Shown here: in pieces, positions 28,370-37,708 of the stretch
Position numbering within the stretch: the first letter of the stretch is position 1
Layout of the letters: every line of letters starts with the position of its first letter
Source of the DNA: a virus
Lineage: Duplodnaviria > Caudoviricetes
Virus record (IMG/VR): IMGVR_UViG_3300010355_000898
Location: 32,001-96,000 of that record
Length of the DNA stretch: 64,000 nucleotides
Direction: 5' to 3' (one strand)
Translations under genes and position numbers: made by a program
The notes under the pieces: generated by a model
Databases searched by the model: none
Seen by the model: only the letters and a program-made list of their open reading frames with translations
What the model was told of the DNA's origin: nothing

Positions 28370-29344
28370 ATGACAGAGCACACATACAAATCATTCACAG
28401 ATGCATTTGCTGGATTGGCAAAATTGGTAAACAATCCAGAATATGTTTGTCAACCGCGAGGAATGAAGATCAAAGAACATCTTGGCGTCAAGTTTGTGAT
28501 CACAAATCCAAGAGATAGACTGCTATTCATTCCAGAACGAAAATTTTCATTATCATATATGATGGGTGAAATTCTTTGGTACATCAGTGGAAACAATTCA
28601 ACTGAATGGATTTCAAACTATTCTCAGTTTTGGTCAAATATCAGTGACGATGGCGTAACTGCAAACAGTGCTTATGGTTCAAGAATATTCAAACCACATG
28701 ACAGAATTTGTGGTGCTGAACATGATTGGACACAATGGCAATATGTTATTGATGAATTGAAGAGAGATCCTGACAGTAGGAGAGCTGTTATTCATATAAG
28801 ATCACCAAAAGACAGTATGCTTGCTGTGAAAGATGTGCCATGCACATTGACGTTGCAATTTTTCATTAGGGATGGTAAATTGCACCAAATTGTATCAATG
28901 AGAAGTTCAGATCTCATTTTTGGAATATCATATGATGTTCCTGCGTTCACATTCTTTCAAGAGATGTTGGCAAATGAACTTGGCGTTGAATTGGGATCAT
29001 ATGTGCACATAAGCAATTCACTCCATGTTTATGAGAGGCATTTTGAAATGCTTGATAAAATTGCAAAAAATTCAGGATATAGTTCAATTCCTATGAACGC
29101 AATGCCAAATATCACAAATAATGTAATTCAACAATTGATTCAAGAAGAACAGATTATTCAACGTTATAAATCAGAAGCTGATATTGTCAGCTTCAATTCT
29201 TGGTTAAAGAGTGAAAAACATGAATATTGGCATGACATGATACAAATATTGCTTATGCACAAAGCTCAGAAATTATCTGTGAATGAAAACATTATTCAAG
29301 AACTGAAAAATGGGTTGTTTGACAGGAGCTTGAAATCTTTATGA
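28370..29344 (+). CDS. Thymidylate-synthase-fold enzyme, probable dCMP hydroxymethylase/modifying enzyme
   Basis: AYGSR, DSRRAV, DVPCT, MRSSDLIFGISYD (Asp at the specificity position), SLHVYERH. Confidence 0.82.
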   Translation: MTEHTYKSFTDAFAGLAKLVNNPEYVCQPRGMKIKEHLGVKFVITNPRDRLLFIPERKFSLSYMMGEILWYISGNNSTEWISNYSQFWSNISDDGVTANSAYGSRIFKPHDRICGAEHDWTQWQYVIDELKRDPDSRRAVIHIRSPKDSMLAVKDVPCTLTLQFFIRDGKLHQIVSMRSSDLIFGISYDVPAFTFFQEMLANELGVELGSYVHISNSLHVYERHFEMLDKIAKNSGYSSIPMNAMPNITNNVIQQLIQEEQIIQRYKSEADIVSFNSWLKSEKHEYWHDMIQILLMHKAQKLSVNENIIQELKNGLFDRSLKSL

Positions 29345-29892
29345 CATGTATAGTTGGTTATGCTGATGGAAAATATGTTTGGTTGGCTGGGGATGCATCA
29401 GCAAATGGTATCAATGATGCAATATCAACAATAACTGTCCCAAAAGTTTTCAAGAAGGGAAAAATGTTGTTTGGATTTTGCCAATCATTCAGGATGGGTC
29501 AAATTCTTCAATACTGTTTTGATCCACCAGAAGATAACAGAGATGATCCAAATGAATACTTTGTGTGTGATTTCATTCCTGCATTGAAGAGAATATATGC
29601 TCAACATGAATATGAAGCATCTGGTGAAAATCATGGCGCAATCATTGTTGGGTATAAAGGAAGGTTGTTCACAATCGAAGAGGATTTTGGTGTTTTAAGT
29701 GATACATCAATGTATACATCAATTGGTTCAGGATCAGATGTTGCATTGGGTGCAATGTGTGCGTTGTATGAAACTGTGAAAGATCCAGTCATTTTGCTCA
29801 TTAAAGCTCTTTCAATCTCTGAAAAACACATTTCAACTGTGAGAAAACCTTTTACAATTGTTTCAACAAAAAAGGATAAGAATGAAAAATAA
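29341..29892 (+). CDS. Ntn-hydrolase, HslV/proteasome-beta-like peptidase
   Basis: N-terminal MTCIVG, LAGD, PKVF, SIGSGS..ALGA. Confidence 0.8.
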   Translation: MTCIVGYADGKYVWLAGDASANGINDAISTITVPKVFKKGKMLFGFCQSFRMGQILQYCFDPPEDNRDDPNEYFVCDFIPALKRIYAQHEYEASGENHGAIIVGYKGRLFTIEEDFGVLSDTSMYTSIGSGSDVALGAMCALYETVKDPVILLIKALSISEKHISTVRKPFTIVSTKKDKNEK

Positions 29893-30445
29893 TACATTCA
29901 GAATGTTTGTTGGACCAATGTTTAGTTCAAAAACAAGCCATCTGATGTCTGCACTTGAAAAGTGCAAATATCAACAGAAATCAATTGTCGTGTACAAACC
30001 ATCAATTGATGATCGGTATTCAACGTCTGATGTTGTTACACACAATGGTTTCAAATGGCCTGCAACTGTAATAAAAACTGGTGAAGACATTTTTGAACAC
30101 CTATCAAATCCTTCAATTGAACCAAATGTAATTGCTGTTGATGAAGCATTCATGATACCAGATGTTGCTGATGCATTGATATGGCTGTACAGAAATGGAA
30201 TTGATATCATTGTGTCATCACTTGACATGTCATCAAGTTGTAAACCTTTCAAAGAGATTGAAAAGATGTTCCCGTGGGCAACACACATTGAAAAGTGCAC
30301 AGCTGTTTGCACAGTGTGCGGTGAAGATGCCCACTTTACTCACAAAAAGAACATATCAGATCAGGAAATTGAAGTTGGTGGTTCTGATCTGTATGAACCC
30401 AGATGTCATCAACATCATCCAAATTTTATGCTGAAAGTTGATTAA
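29882..30445 (+). CDS. tdk: Thymidine kinase
   Basis: GPMFSSKT, IDDRY, AVDEAF, AVCTVCG, VGGSDLYEPRC. Confidence 0.93.
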   Translation: MKNNTFRMFVGPMFSSKTSHLMSALEKCKYQQKSIVVYKPSIDDRYSTSDVVTHNGFKWPATVIKTGEDIFEHLSNPSIEPNVIAVDEAFMIPDVADALIWLYRNGIDIIVSSLDMSSSCKPFKEIEKMFPWATHIEKCTAVCTVCGEDAHFTHKKNISDQEIEVGGSDLYEPRCHQHHPNFMLKVD

Positions 30446-30971
30446 TGTGCACATAATAACATACTCAGGAAATCTGTTCAATCCACTTGAACCCAAAAAG
30501 TGTGTCATCAATATTGAAGACATTGCGCATGCATTATCAAATATGTGCAGATTTTCAGGACATACAAAACAATTCTATTCTGTTGCACAACACAGTGTTC
30601 TTGTTTCAAATTATGTAAATCCAGTGAACAGTTTTGCTGCTCTGCTCCATGATGCGTCAGAAGCATACATAGTTGACATTCCAACACCTTACAAAATGAC
30701 ATCAATGTTTTCTGAATACAGGAATGTTGAAAAAGTGTTAATGGATGAAATCTATCACAGATTTCATATTGAAAATTTTGATCAGGATGACATAAACAGT
30801 GCAGATCACAGAGTGTTTGCAGCAGAAGTGAGAGATCTGATGCAATATTCTGCGTATGATGACTGGAATATCAAATCACAGCCTGTGAAAGAGGTGATTG
30901 TTCCATTATTGCCTCATGAGGCAGAACAGTTGTTCATTAATCGTTTCATAAAGTTGAGGGAACAATTATGA
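30438..30971 (+). CDS. HD-domain phosphohydrolase (5'-deoxynucleotidase-like)
   Basis: DIAHALS, RFSGH, YSVAQHS, LLHDASEAY. Confidence 0.9.
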   Translation: MINVHIITYSGNLFNPLEPKKCVINIEDIAHALSNMCRFSGHTKQFYSVAQHSVLVSNYVNPVNSFAALLHDASEAYIVDIPTPYKMTSMFSEYRNVEKVLMDEIYHRFHIENFDQDDINSADHRVFAAEVRDLMQYSAYDDWNIKSQPVKEVIVPLLPHEAEQLFINRFIKLREQL

Positions 30972-31846
30972 ATATAGAAAATTGTGTTGTTTGTGGGAAA
31001 CCTATGCAAACAGATTGTGAAAAACAGTTGTATACACAACACAATGTGTGTTCTGCAAATTGTAAATTGACACTTGAAAAAAAGAAATTTCATGAATTCA
31101 ATCATGACAAGAGGATTGAACAATTGAAATCATATTTGACTGTAAAATCTGTGAGAATGTGTTACAATGCAGACCCAGGTTATGATGAATATCATCCAAA
31201 TCTGTTTGTTGAATATTGGAATGGTGAAAAATGTTATGAATTCATGAATGCACCTTTGGATGATGAGCAATTCAATCTGTACAAAATGGCAACAGAATTT
31301 TACAGATCTAAAGGTTTCAAAGTTAAGTTCATGAATTGGCGAAAAACTGAAAATTTTGTTCAAGTTGAAAGGAATTACAATAATGACTTTGGTGTATGGT
31401 CTCGTCCAACTTTTCAATCAATCTATATGCAAACTGCCTGCTCTTTTAGAGATCGTTCAACGTGTATCAGACGACAAGTTGGTGCTGTTTTTGTCAATGA
31501 TGAATTTACACGTGTAATTTCAGTTGGATACAATGGTGGAATTTCTGGTGCAAAAAATCAGTGTGACACAACAATTCCTGGAGCTTGTGGATGTATACAT
31601 GCTGAAGTGAATGCAATCATGAAGGCTCAGGAGCCCCTGAAAAATTCAATTCTGTTTGTTACATTATCTCCTTGTCAGAATTGTGCAAAACTTCTGGCGA
31701 TGAAGAAGGTTGGTACAGTGTACTATTTATCACAATATCGTGATACTGCTGGCATTGATATATTGAAATCGAATGGTGTTAACGTTATTGATTGGCAATC
31801 ATATGCAATGCATGAATTTGAACAGAATTTGAATGCTCAATATTGA
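30968..31846 (+). CDS. dCMP deaminase with long N-terminal extension
   Basis: STCIRRQVGA, GYNG, IHAEVNA, TLSPCQNCAK. Confidence 0.88.
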   Translation: MNIENCVVCGKPMQTDCEKQLYTQHNVCSANCKLTLEKKKFHEFNHDKRIEQLKSYLTVKSVRMCYNADPGYDEYHPNLFVEYWNGEKCYEFMNAPLDDEQFNLYKMATEFYRSKGFKVKFMNWRKTENFVQVERNYNNDFGVWSRPTFQSIYMQTACSFRDRSTCIRRQVGAVFVNDEFTRVISVGYNGGISGAKNQCDTTIPGACGCIHAEVNAIMKAQEPLKNSILFVTLSPCQNCAKLLAMKKVGTVYYLSQYRDTAGIDILKSNGVNVIDWQSYAMHEFEQNLNAQY

Positions 31847-31864
31847 AGTTGATACTTAACTGTT

Positions 31865-32155
31865 ATGAAGAAACTTAGTGAACGTGAACTGATCAATCTC
31901 ATTCGAGAAGAGTGGAATAGAAAAATTTCTTCACTTGCTGAAAATTCAGGCGTTGATTTGATGTTCAATGCAAAAACAAAAGATGGTGAAAAGAAATCAA
32001 TTCTGTCAACTGGATTGAAGATTAAAAATAAAGAAACTGGTGAATTGTATACTGTGAAAGAGGTTGGTATCACTGATGCAACAATTGCTTCACCACAAGG
32101 TGAACATGTTCATGTCACAAAGGATGATCTTGAAAAGAATTACGAATTGGGTTGA
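31865..32155 (+). CDS. Hypothetical late/virion protein
   Basis: ATACTTA at 31852; MKKLSERELINLIREE leader. Confidence 0.65.
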   Translation: MKKLSERELINLIREEWNRKISSLAENSGVDLMFNAKTKDGEKKSILSTGLKIKNKETGELYTVKEVGITDATIASPQGEHVHVTKDDLEKNYELG

Positions 32156-32158
32156 AAC

Positions 32159-32869
32159 ATGGAAAAGAAACAAGTTAACATTCTTCAAGAAATTGATCTG
32201 AATGAGATCATAAAGAGCAGCATAAAGAATGATCCCAATTTGAAACAATTGGATGAGGCATTTCATGCTGAGGAAAAAAAATTCAATCAGGTGTCTGATC
32301 TGATATCACAGAAGACAAAATCTTCACATGAAGCTTTGTACAAAAATTATGTTGAAACATTCAATAAGATTTCAATTGTTGTTGATAGCGTTGACAGGAA
32401 CAGTGCAAATTCAAACAATTCAGATTACAGATCAGCAAAACTTGATGAAACTTACAATCTGAATGGAATGTGGTTGCATGAACTCTATTTTGCAAACTGT
32501 TTCAGTCCAAGCAGCGAAATCTATGCTGACAGTATGTCATACATAAGATTGCAACGAGATTTTGGAAGTTTTGCAAATTGGCAAAAAGATTTCATTGCAG
32601 CTGCACTGTCATGTGGTCAGGGATGGGTAATCACGGGATATCATCTGTTCTTGAAAAAGTACGTTACAACAATTGTCAGTTGTAATAGTCAGGATGTGAT
32701 GGTTGGATTACTTCCAATAATTGTTGTTGATATGCATGAACATTCATATTATAGGGATTACGCTACTGACAAGATGAGTTACATCATATCACAAATGAAA
32801 GAATTGAATTGGAATGTCATTGAAGACAGAATTCGTAAATCTGAAGCAATCAATGAGGCAATCAAATGA
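32159..32869 (+). CDS. Fe/Mn superoxide dismutase-like protein
   Basis: LHELYF, RDFGSF..W, GW, VVDMHEHSYYRDY, LNW. Confidence 0.85.
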   Translation: MEKKQVNILQEIDLNEIIKSSIKNDPNLKQLDEAFHAEEKKFNQVSDLISQKTKSSHEALYKNYVETFNKISIVVDSVDRNSANSNNSDYRSAKLDETYNLNGMWLHELYFANCFSPSSEIYADSMSYIRLQRDFGSFANWQKDFIAAALSCGQGWVITGYHLFLKKYVTTIVSCNSQDVMVGLLPIIVVDMHEHSYYRDYATDKMSYIISQMKELNWNVIEDRIRKSEAINEAIK

Positions 32870-33540
32870 ACAAAAAATTTCAAGAATTGTTGAATGAACA
32901 GGCAAAGATCAAATACAACAGATTTTTGCAAAAAATTCTTTGTGAAGCAGATGAAGGTCTTGATAAGGAAAAGAGTAGTGAAGAGGAAGAGATTGGCGAT
33001 TCACTTGATGCACAAATTGACAGATATTTTGCTGAATATGAAAAGGATAGCAAAGAACTGAAGATTGAAAATTTATCATACAGATTGACAAGAGATTTTC
33101 TGTTTGAAGCAGGTGAAGATGATCAGGGACAAAATGCTGAAAAAGAAGAAAAATCAGCAAACGATGAGAAGACAAAGGTCGATGACACCAAGTTGACACC
33201 AGATAATATTGATGTTGAAGCATTCAGTAATAATATCGTCAGATTGATTGACAATTATGACAACCTTCTTGAGGTGAAGAATACCATTGTCAGAAGAGCA
33301 AAGAATTTTTTGGCAAAGAATTATGATGAAGATGTCATAAATCTGTTCATAGAAGATCTTGAACAGAACCATGGAATATCTTTGAAATCAAAGGATGGAA
33401 ATGCGCCGACAGCATCCAGGTCTTCAGGCGGTGGTGATCTTTCATCTGGTGGTGGAAGTGAAGACTTTGGCATGGGTGGTTCAGCTCCTGCATCTCCAGG
33501 TCCTTCAAGCACTGATATGGGTGGTGGAGAAACAATCTGA
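32866..33540 (+). CDS. Acidic hypothetical protein, possibly virion/prohead
   Basis: LNE, LCEA, LFEA motifs; G/S-rich tail. Confidence 0.6.
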   Translation: MNKKFQELLNEQAKIKYNRFLQKILCEADEGLDKEKSSEEEEIGDSLDAQIDRYFAEYEKDSKELKIENLSYRLTRDFLFEAGEDDQGQNAEKEEKSANDEKTKVDDTKLTPDNIDVEAFSNNIVRLIDNYDNLLEVKNTIVRRAKNFLAKNYDEDVINLFIEDLEQNHGISLKSKDGNAPTASRSSGGGDLSSGGGSEDFGMGGSAPASPGPSSTDMGGGETI

Positions 33541-33561
33541 AAATATTGTACAATTCTGTAC

Positions 33562-33867
33562 ATGCCAACAAATCCATTATTGAATAGAGCAAGTATACAC
33601 ATCTCTCTTGAGAGATCAGACTGGCTTGATACTAAACGTTTACTGTTTGAATATGATATGACAGCAATTGAATATGTTCAATTGATGATAAGATTATTGC
33701 TCAATCATGATCAGAGAACGAGAAGAATTATTGAAGAGTATGTTTCAAAACGATTAACTGAGGGTGTAAAAAAAGTTAGAGGCGTTGGAAACAAATTCAG
33801 TAGTGTTAATCATGAAGCATTGTACAATTTGATTGAAGCAGAAAACAGTGATGAAAATGAAAAATGA
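33562..33867 (+). CDS. Hypothetical protein (possible ribbon-helix-helix)
   Basis: Strand-helix-helix pattern at the N-terminus. Confidence 0.5.
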   Translation: MPTNPLLNRASIHISLERSDWLDTKRLLFEYDMTAIEYVQLMIRLLLNHDQRTRRIIEEYVSKRLTEGVKKVRGVGNKFSSVNHEALYNLIEAENSDENEK

Positions 33868-34111
33868 TGATTTACACAGTGTGATACTTGAATTGAGTTC
33901 TTCTGTTGCCATTCATGAAAATGAATTGAATATTCTTAAGAATGAAAATATTTCGTTGAGTGCAGTCATTGAAATGAACATATCAACATTGATGTTACAT
34001 CAACAATTGTTGTCTCGACTTGTACAATTGTTGAAATTTGATGATTGTGCAATTGAAAAGTTGAGAACTGGATCATTTGAACAAAAAAAATCTGATCAAT
34101 TACTTAATTGA
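33851..34111 (+). CDS. Small coiled-coil hypothetical protein
   Basis: Tiled ORF. Confidence 0.45.
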   Translation: MKMKNDDLHSVILELSSSVAIHENELNILKNENISLSAVIEMNISTLMLHQQLLSRLVQLLKFDDCAIEKLRTGSFEQKKSDQLLN

Positions 34112-34125
34112 CAGAAAGAAAACAT

Positions 34126-34521
34126 ATGTTGACACTAAAATTGTGTTGGTTGTTCATCAAAAAATATTGGTCATACATTCTTTTCATTGTGATTGCACTT
34201 TTTGCAATCTTTTTTGGATCAAAAACATTCACATTCAGTGAAGAATTGAAAAAGATAAGAGACATCTATGACAATGAAATCAAACAGATAGTTGAAATCA
34301 GAACAACTGAAAAATTGCAACATAAAGAAAATCAGAAAAAGTTCAATGATAGAATGGCAATCATAGAAAAGAATTATGAACAACAACAGAAAACTCTTGA
34401 TGACAAAAAGAGAAAAGAAGTTGAAACAATAGTGAAAAACTATTCTGATAAACCCATTGAACTTGCTGAACAATTGAAGAATGCAACTGGATTCACAATC
34501 ATTATGCCAAAGGATGAATAA
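34126..34521 (+). CDS. Membrane-anchored coiled-coil protein (spanin-like)
   Basis: N-terminal TM helix followed by charged coiled coil. Confidence 0.5.
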   Translation: MLTLKLCWLFIKKYWSYILFIVIALFAIFFGSKTFTFSEELKKIRDIYDNEIKQIVEIRTTEKLQHKENQKKFNDRMAIIEKNYEQQQKTLDDKKRKEVETIVKNYSDKPIELAEQLKNATGFTIIMPKDE

Positions 34522-35025
34522 ATGATGAAAAAATTGATCAACTTTCTGTTCATAACAATTTTCATTTTTGTGAACAGCTTTGCATATGCACAGACTGTTC
34601 AATTGCCAAACATTGAAACACCGCAAGGAGAAAAGGATGTTGGTGCAGCAATATCTCCATTGAAAGCTGATCAGAAAGCTCCGTTTACTGGTGTTCTCTT
34701 ATCACCTAGGGCAACTGCAATCATAGTGACAGAATTGAACAATTTTGATGAAAAATTGAGATTGGAATTGTCAAAACAGAAGCAGGAAGATGATGCCACA
34801 TGTCAATTCACGACGTCAGAACAGAAAGCTCAAAATGATGCAGATATTGCAATAAAACAGGCACAATTGGATGCATCATTGAAAGATAGAAAAGTTCTTG
34901 AGGAAGAGATCAGAAATCTTGAAAAGAGTCAAACTTCAAAAGAATTGTGGTATGCATTGGGTGCAGGTTCAGGCATTGTTGTGACAGTTTTAACAGTTGT
35001 TGCAATATCATATGCAAAGAAATGA
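34522..35025 (+). CDS. Exported coiled-coil protein with C-terminal TM (possible spanin partner)
   Basis: Signal peptide ending AYA, coiled coil, C-terminal hydrophobic helix. Confidence 0.5.
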   Translation: MMKKLINFLFITIFIFVNSFAYAQTVQLPNIETPQGEKDVGAAISPLKADQKAPFTGVLLSPRATAIIVTELNNFDEKLRLELSKQKQEDDATCQFTTSEQKAQNDADIAIKQAQLDASLKDRKVLEEEIRNLEKSQTSKELWYALGAGSGIVVTVLTVVAISYAKK

Positions 35026-35060
35026 TTTCATTTCATATTTAATCTGTTAGGAGTGCAATC

Positions 35061-35366
35061 ATGGAAGAGAATGAAATCACTGAACAACAGAAAAAAGAAG
35101 AAACAGTGACTGAAATGTCCACAACAGAAAAGCCAGAAGCATCTTGGATTTGGATGAAAAATTCCAAAGGTCAACCTTCGGCTTCAATAACATTTGCAAC
35201 AATTGCATTTTGGGTAACAACAATTGCATACATTGGATCAATCTTTCAGAAGGTTGGGCCAATTGAGTTTAGAAGTTTTGACGTCGCAGCATGTTCAGCA
35301 TATCTTGTCCCAATTCTTGGGTTGTATTTTGGGCGCAGATTTGTTGATGCAAAACAATCAAATTGA
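35061..35366 (+). CDS. Two-TM membrane protein (holin-like)
   Basis: Two hydrophobic helices, YFGRR tail, AGGAG RBS, ATATTTA upstream. Confidence 0.55.
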   Translation: MEENEITEQQKKEETVTEMSTTEKPEASWIWMKNSKGQPSASITFATIAFWVTTIAYIGSIFQKVGPIEFRSFDVAACSAYLVPILGLYFGRRFVDAKQSN

Positions 35367-35387
35367 TGAAGATAATTAGTGATTGCA

Positions 35388-36284
35388 ATGGACACAATCA
35401 GAGTTACAAAAACTGCACTTTGTGAATTCATAAAAGAAGCATTGAATGGTCAAATCGAAGGTGGCTCAGAAACAAATCCAGTTAAAATCAACAATGTTGT
35501 TGATCAACAGGCACCAATAACTGATCCAACAGACAGAGATTTTATTCCACAAAATCAACAAGAACTTTCATCAGCAATATCAAAGCTTGTGAAATCAATT
35601 GATGACGAAGATGTATCTGATGTGTACAATGACATTGTGAAATCATTTGATCAGCAGAAAGAAAAAGTGGATATGAAAAAAACAAGTGTTACTGAAACAG
35701 TGGTCAGAAATCACATCAAAAAATTGATCAGAGAAATGTTTGATGATGAACTGGACAATGAATTGTCAGGTGAAGATTTGACTTCACTCAAGAAGAGTAA
35801 GAGAGCAAAGCGAGAAGAGGAAGAAGATCTTGATGATGATAAGTTGTCAAAAAAGAAGAAGAATCTCAGCGTTGCTGACATTGAGGGCGGCAATCTGAAA
35901 GACATTGCAAAAGAGCTTGGCGGTTCAGTTGCTGGTGCAAAGAGGGTTACAGATGTTGCCCTTGACAAGGCAAAGGGTGGTTTTGAACTGTTACAGACTG
36001 ATGGAACAGAGATCATTGAAAGATTGAAGGAAGAAGATCCTGAAATTGGTGAGATAATTGATCAGTTTGAGGCTGAATATGGCGCTTCAAAGTTGGCTGC
36101 GCTGTTGGCTCTTGCAGTTGACAACTACATTGATGACATATCAGACACTGGTGAAGTTACAGATGCTGATGTTGAACTTCTTCGCAAGAATCCAACAATT
36201 GTTGCGGATCTTGACAATTTCCGTGAATACTTTCACAAATACTATCTAAAGGTTGGTTATGGTCAACCTTGGAAAAATCGTTAA
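35388..36284 (+). CDS. Hypothetical late protein with HTH-like segment
   Basis: FIKEAL and KLIREM motifs; LKDIAKELGGSVAGAK. Confidence 0.6.
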   Translation: MDTIRVTKTALCEFIKEALNGQIEGGSETNPVKINNVVDQQAPITDPTDRDFIPQNQQELSSAISKLVKSIDDEDVSDVYNDIVKSFDQQKEKVDMKKTSVTETVVRNHIKKLIREMFDDELDNELSGEDLTSLKKSKRAKREEEEDLDDDKLSKKKKNLSVADIEGGNLKDIAKELGGSVAGAKRVTDVALDKAKGGFELLQTDGTEIIERLKEEDPEIGEIIDQFEAEYGASKLAALLALAVDNYIDDISDTGEVTDADVELLRKNPTIVADLDNFREYFHKYYLKVGYGQPWKNR

Positions 36285-36308
36285 TCAACACTGATTGGAA
36301 TTGACAAC

Positions 36309-37049
36309 ATGAGTACTCTCATTGCAGCAGTTCAGTTTAAACCTGAACATTTGAATGTTGAAAAAAATTTGAAAAGAATTCAAACTTTAACATTTGAGGC
36401 TGCAACAAATGGTGCAAAAATTGTTGTTTTTCCTGAATTGATAACGACAGGTCCACTTATAGAGAATGAAACTGTTGCGTCTGGCTGTTCCCAACAATTC
36501 AATGGAAACCAGACGCAACAGTTGATTGATGTTGCAGCATCATTGGGTGTCAGCATATGTTTTGGATATGTTGAAAAGTGTGACAACAAATATTGGAATT
36601 CTGCACAATTGATTTCGGGAGAAGGTGTTCTCCTGAATGTTAAAAAGCACAATTTGCGTGGGTATGATAATCTGTGGACACAAACGTCTGATGAAATCAT
36701 TCCAATGACGTCATATCCAGGAATGCGAATTTCTATCCTGATTGGGGATGATATCAAAAATAGAGCACATAGTGAAGGGATCTTCAAAGAAGGTCAACAA
36801 TTCATTAAGAAGGGTTCTGTCGACCTTGTGCTGCATCCATCTGCAACAACCATCACAACCCTTCCAGAAGATGATTGGATGATGTTTAGCGAAGAGGTTG
36901 ATTGTCCTTCCATTCATGCAAATCAAATATTTCAGGATGAATTTATGGGTTGCAATGGCGGAAGTTGCATAATCACAAAAGATTTGAGAGCGCACAAATC
37001 AGTTGGCACATCAACAGATGGTGTAGAATTCATCTACCAGGAGATCTGA
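36309..37049 (+). CDS. Carbon-nitrogen hydrolase (nitrilase) family protein lacking the catalytic Cys
   Basis: IAAVQF, IVVFPEL..TG, YWNSA, KKHNL; ILIGDD at the ICxD position. Confidence 0.85.
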   Translation: MSTLIAAVQFKPEHLNVEKNLKRIQTLTFEAATNGAKIVVFPELITTGPLIENETVASGCSQQFNGNQTQQLIDVAASLGVSICFGYVEKCDNKYWNSAQLISGEGVLLNVKKHNLRGYDNLWTQTSDEIIPMTSYPGMRISILIGDDIKNRAHSEGIFKEGQQFIKKGSVDLVLHPSATTITTLPEDDWMMFSEEVDCPSIHANQIFQDEFMGCNGGSCIITKDLRAHKSVGTSTDGVEFIYQEI

Positions 37050-37053
37050 AAAT

Positions 37054-37359
37054 ATGTTGCCAGAACATGATCCAATTGAACCCAAAGAGAGATTGCCAGT
37101 TTTTGTTTTTGACAGATGGAATTTGACAAAAGATGGTTTGATGAAATCATACAAATTTCAGGATAGAAAACAGTTGAGATATTTCATCAGTTCAATCATT
37201 GAATACGAAGAACAGATTCAACACTCTGCAAAGATTGATATTTTGGGAACAAAAGTTGGGATAACAATCATAACAGAAACAATTGAAATTGTTACTGAGA
37301 TTGACAAAGAGTATGCAAGGTATGTTGATGTTGTTTACAGAGATGTGATGCAACAGTGA
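37054..37359 (+). CDS. Pterin-4a-carbinolamine dehydratase-like protein
   Basis: W....LMKSYKF, QHSAKI, VTEIDKEYA pattern. Confidence 0.65.
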   Translation: MLPEHDPIEPKERLPVFVFDRWNLTKDGLMKSYKFQDRKQLRYFISSIIEYEEQIQHSAKIDILGTKVGITIITETIEIVTEIDKEYARYVDVVYRDVMQQ

Positions 37360-37682
37360 ACTACATACAATCTGACGTTGTTGAGTTGACAACTGTCGAA
37401 CAGTTCATTTGCAAATTCATTGCAAATGATTGTGTGTATTTTGTGTGTGATATCATATCAGCAAAATTTTCTTCACATGGTACATTAATGTTGTGTGTAA
37501 AATCTGTTTTCAATCATGGAATTCAGTTTACGCAGAACTGTTTCAATAAACAATTTGATATCATCATGTTTCCAAATGAACTCAAATTGTGCACATGTGT
37601 TGTGGAAACAATTGAATTGATGAAATTTGATTATGCAACTCAAATGGTGATGATTGAACTCTGTCTTGTGAAGTGTGAATGA
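37356..37682 (+). CDS. Hypothetical protein
   Basis: GTGA-coupled ORF. Confidence 0.45.
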   Translation: MNYIQSDVVELTTVEQFICKFIANDCVYFVCDIISAKFSSHGTLMLCVKSVFNHGIQFTQNCFNKQFDIIMFPNELKLCTCVVETIELMKFDYATQMVMIELCLVKCE

Positions 37683-37708
37683 ATAGTTAAACACAGGAAT
37701 TTTTATAT

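Noticed and set aside
28274-29344. Ordinary thyA
   Set aside because: Asp rather than Asn at the specificity position, and ThyX is already present; the track's 28274 start overlaps the upstream gene, so 28370 is preferred.
33410-33540. Gly/Ser-rich repeat-like stretch
   Set aside because: Low-complexity protein tail, not a DNA repeat element.
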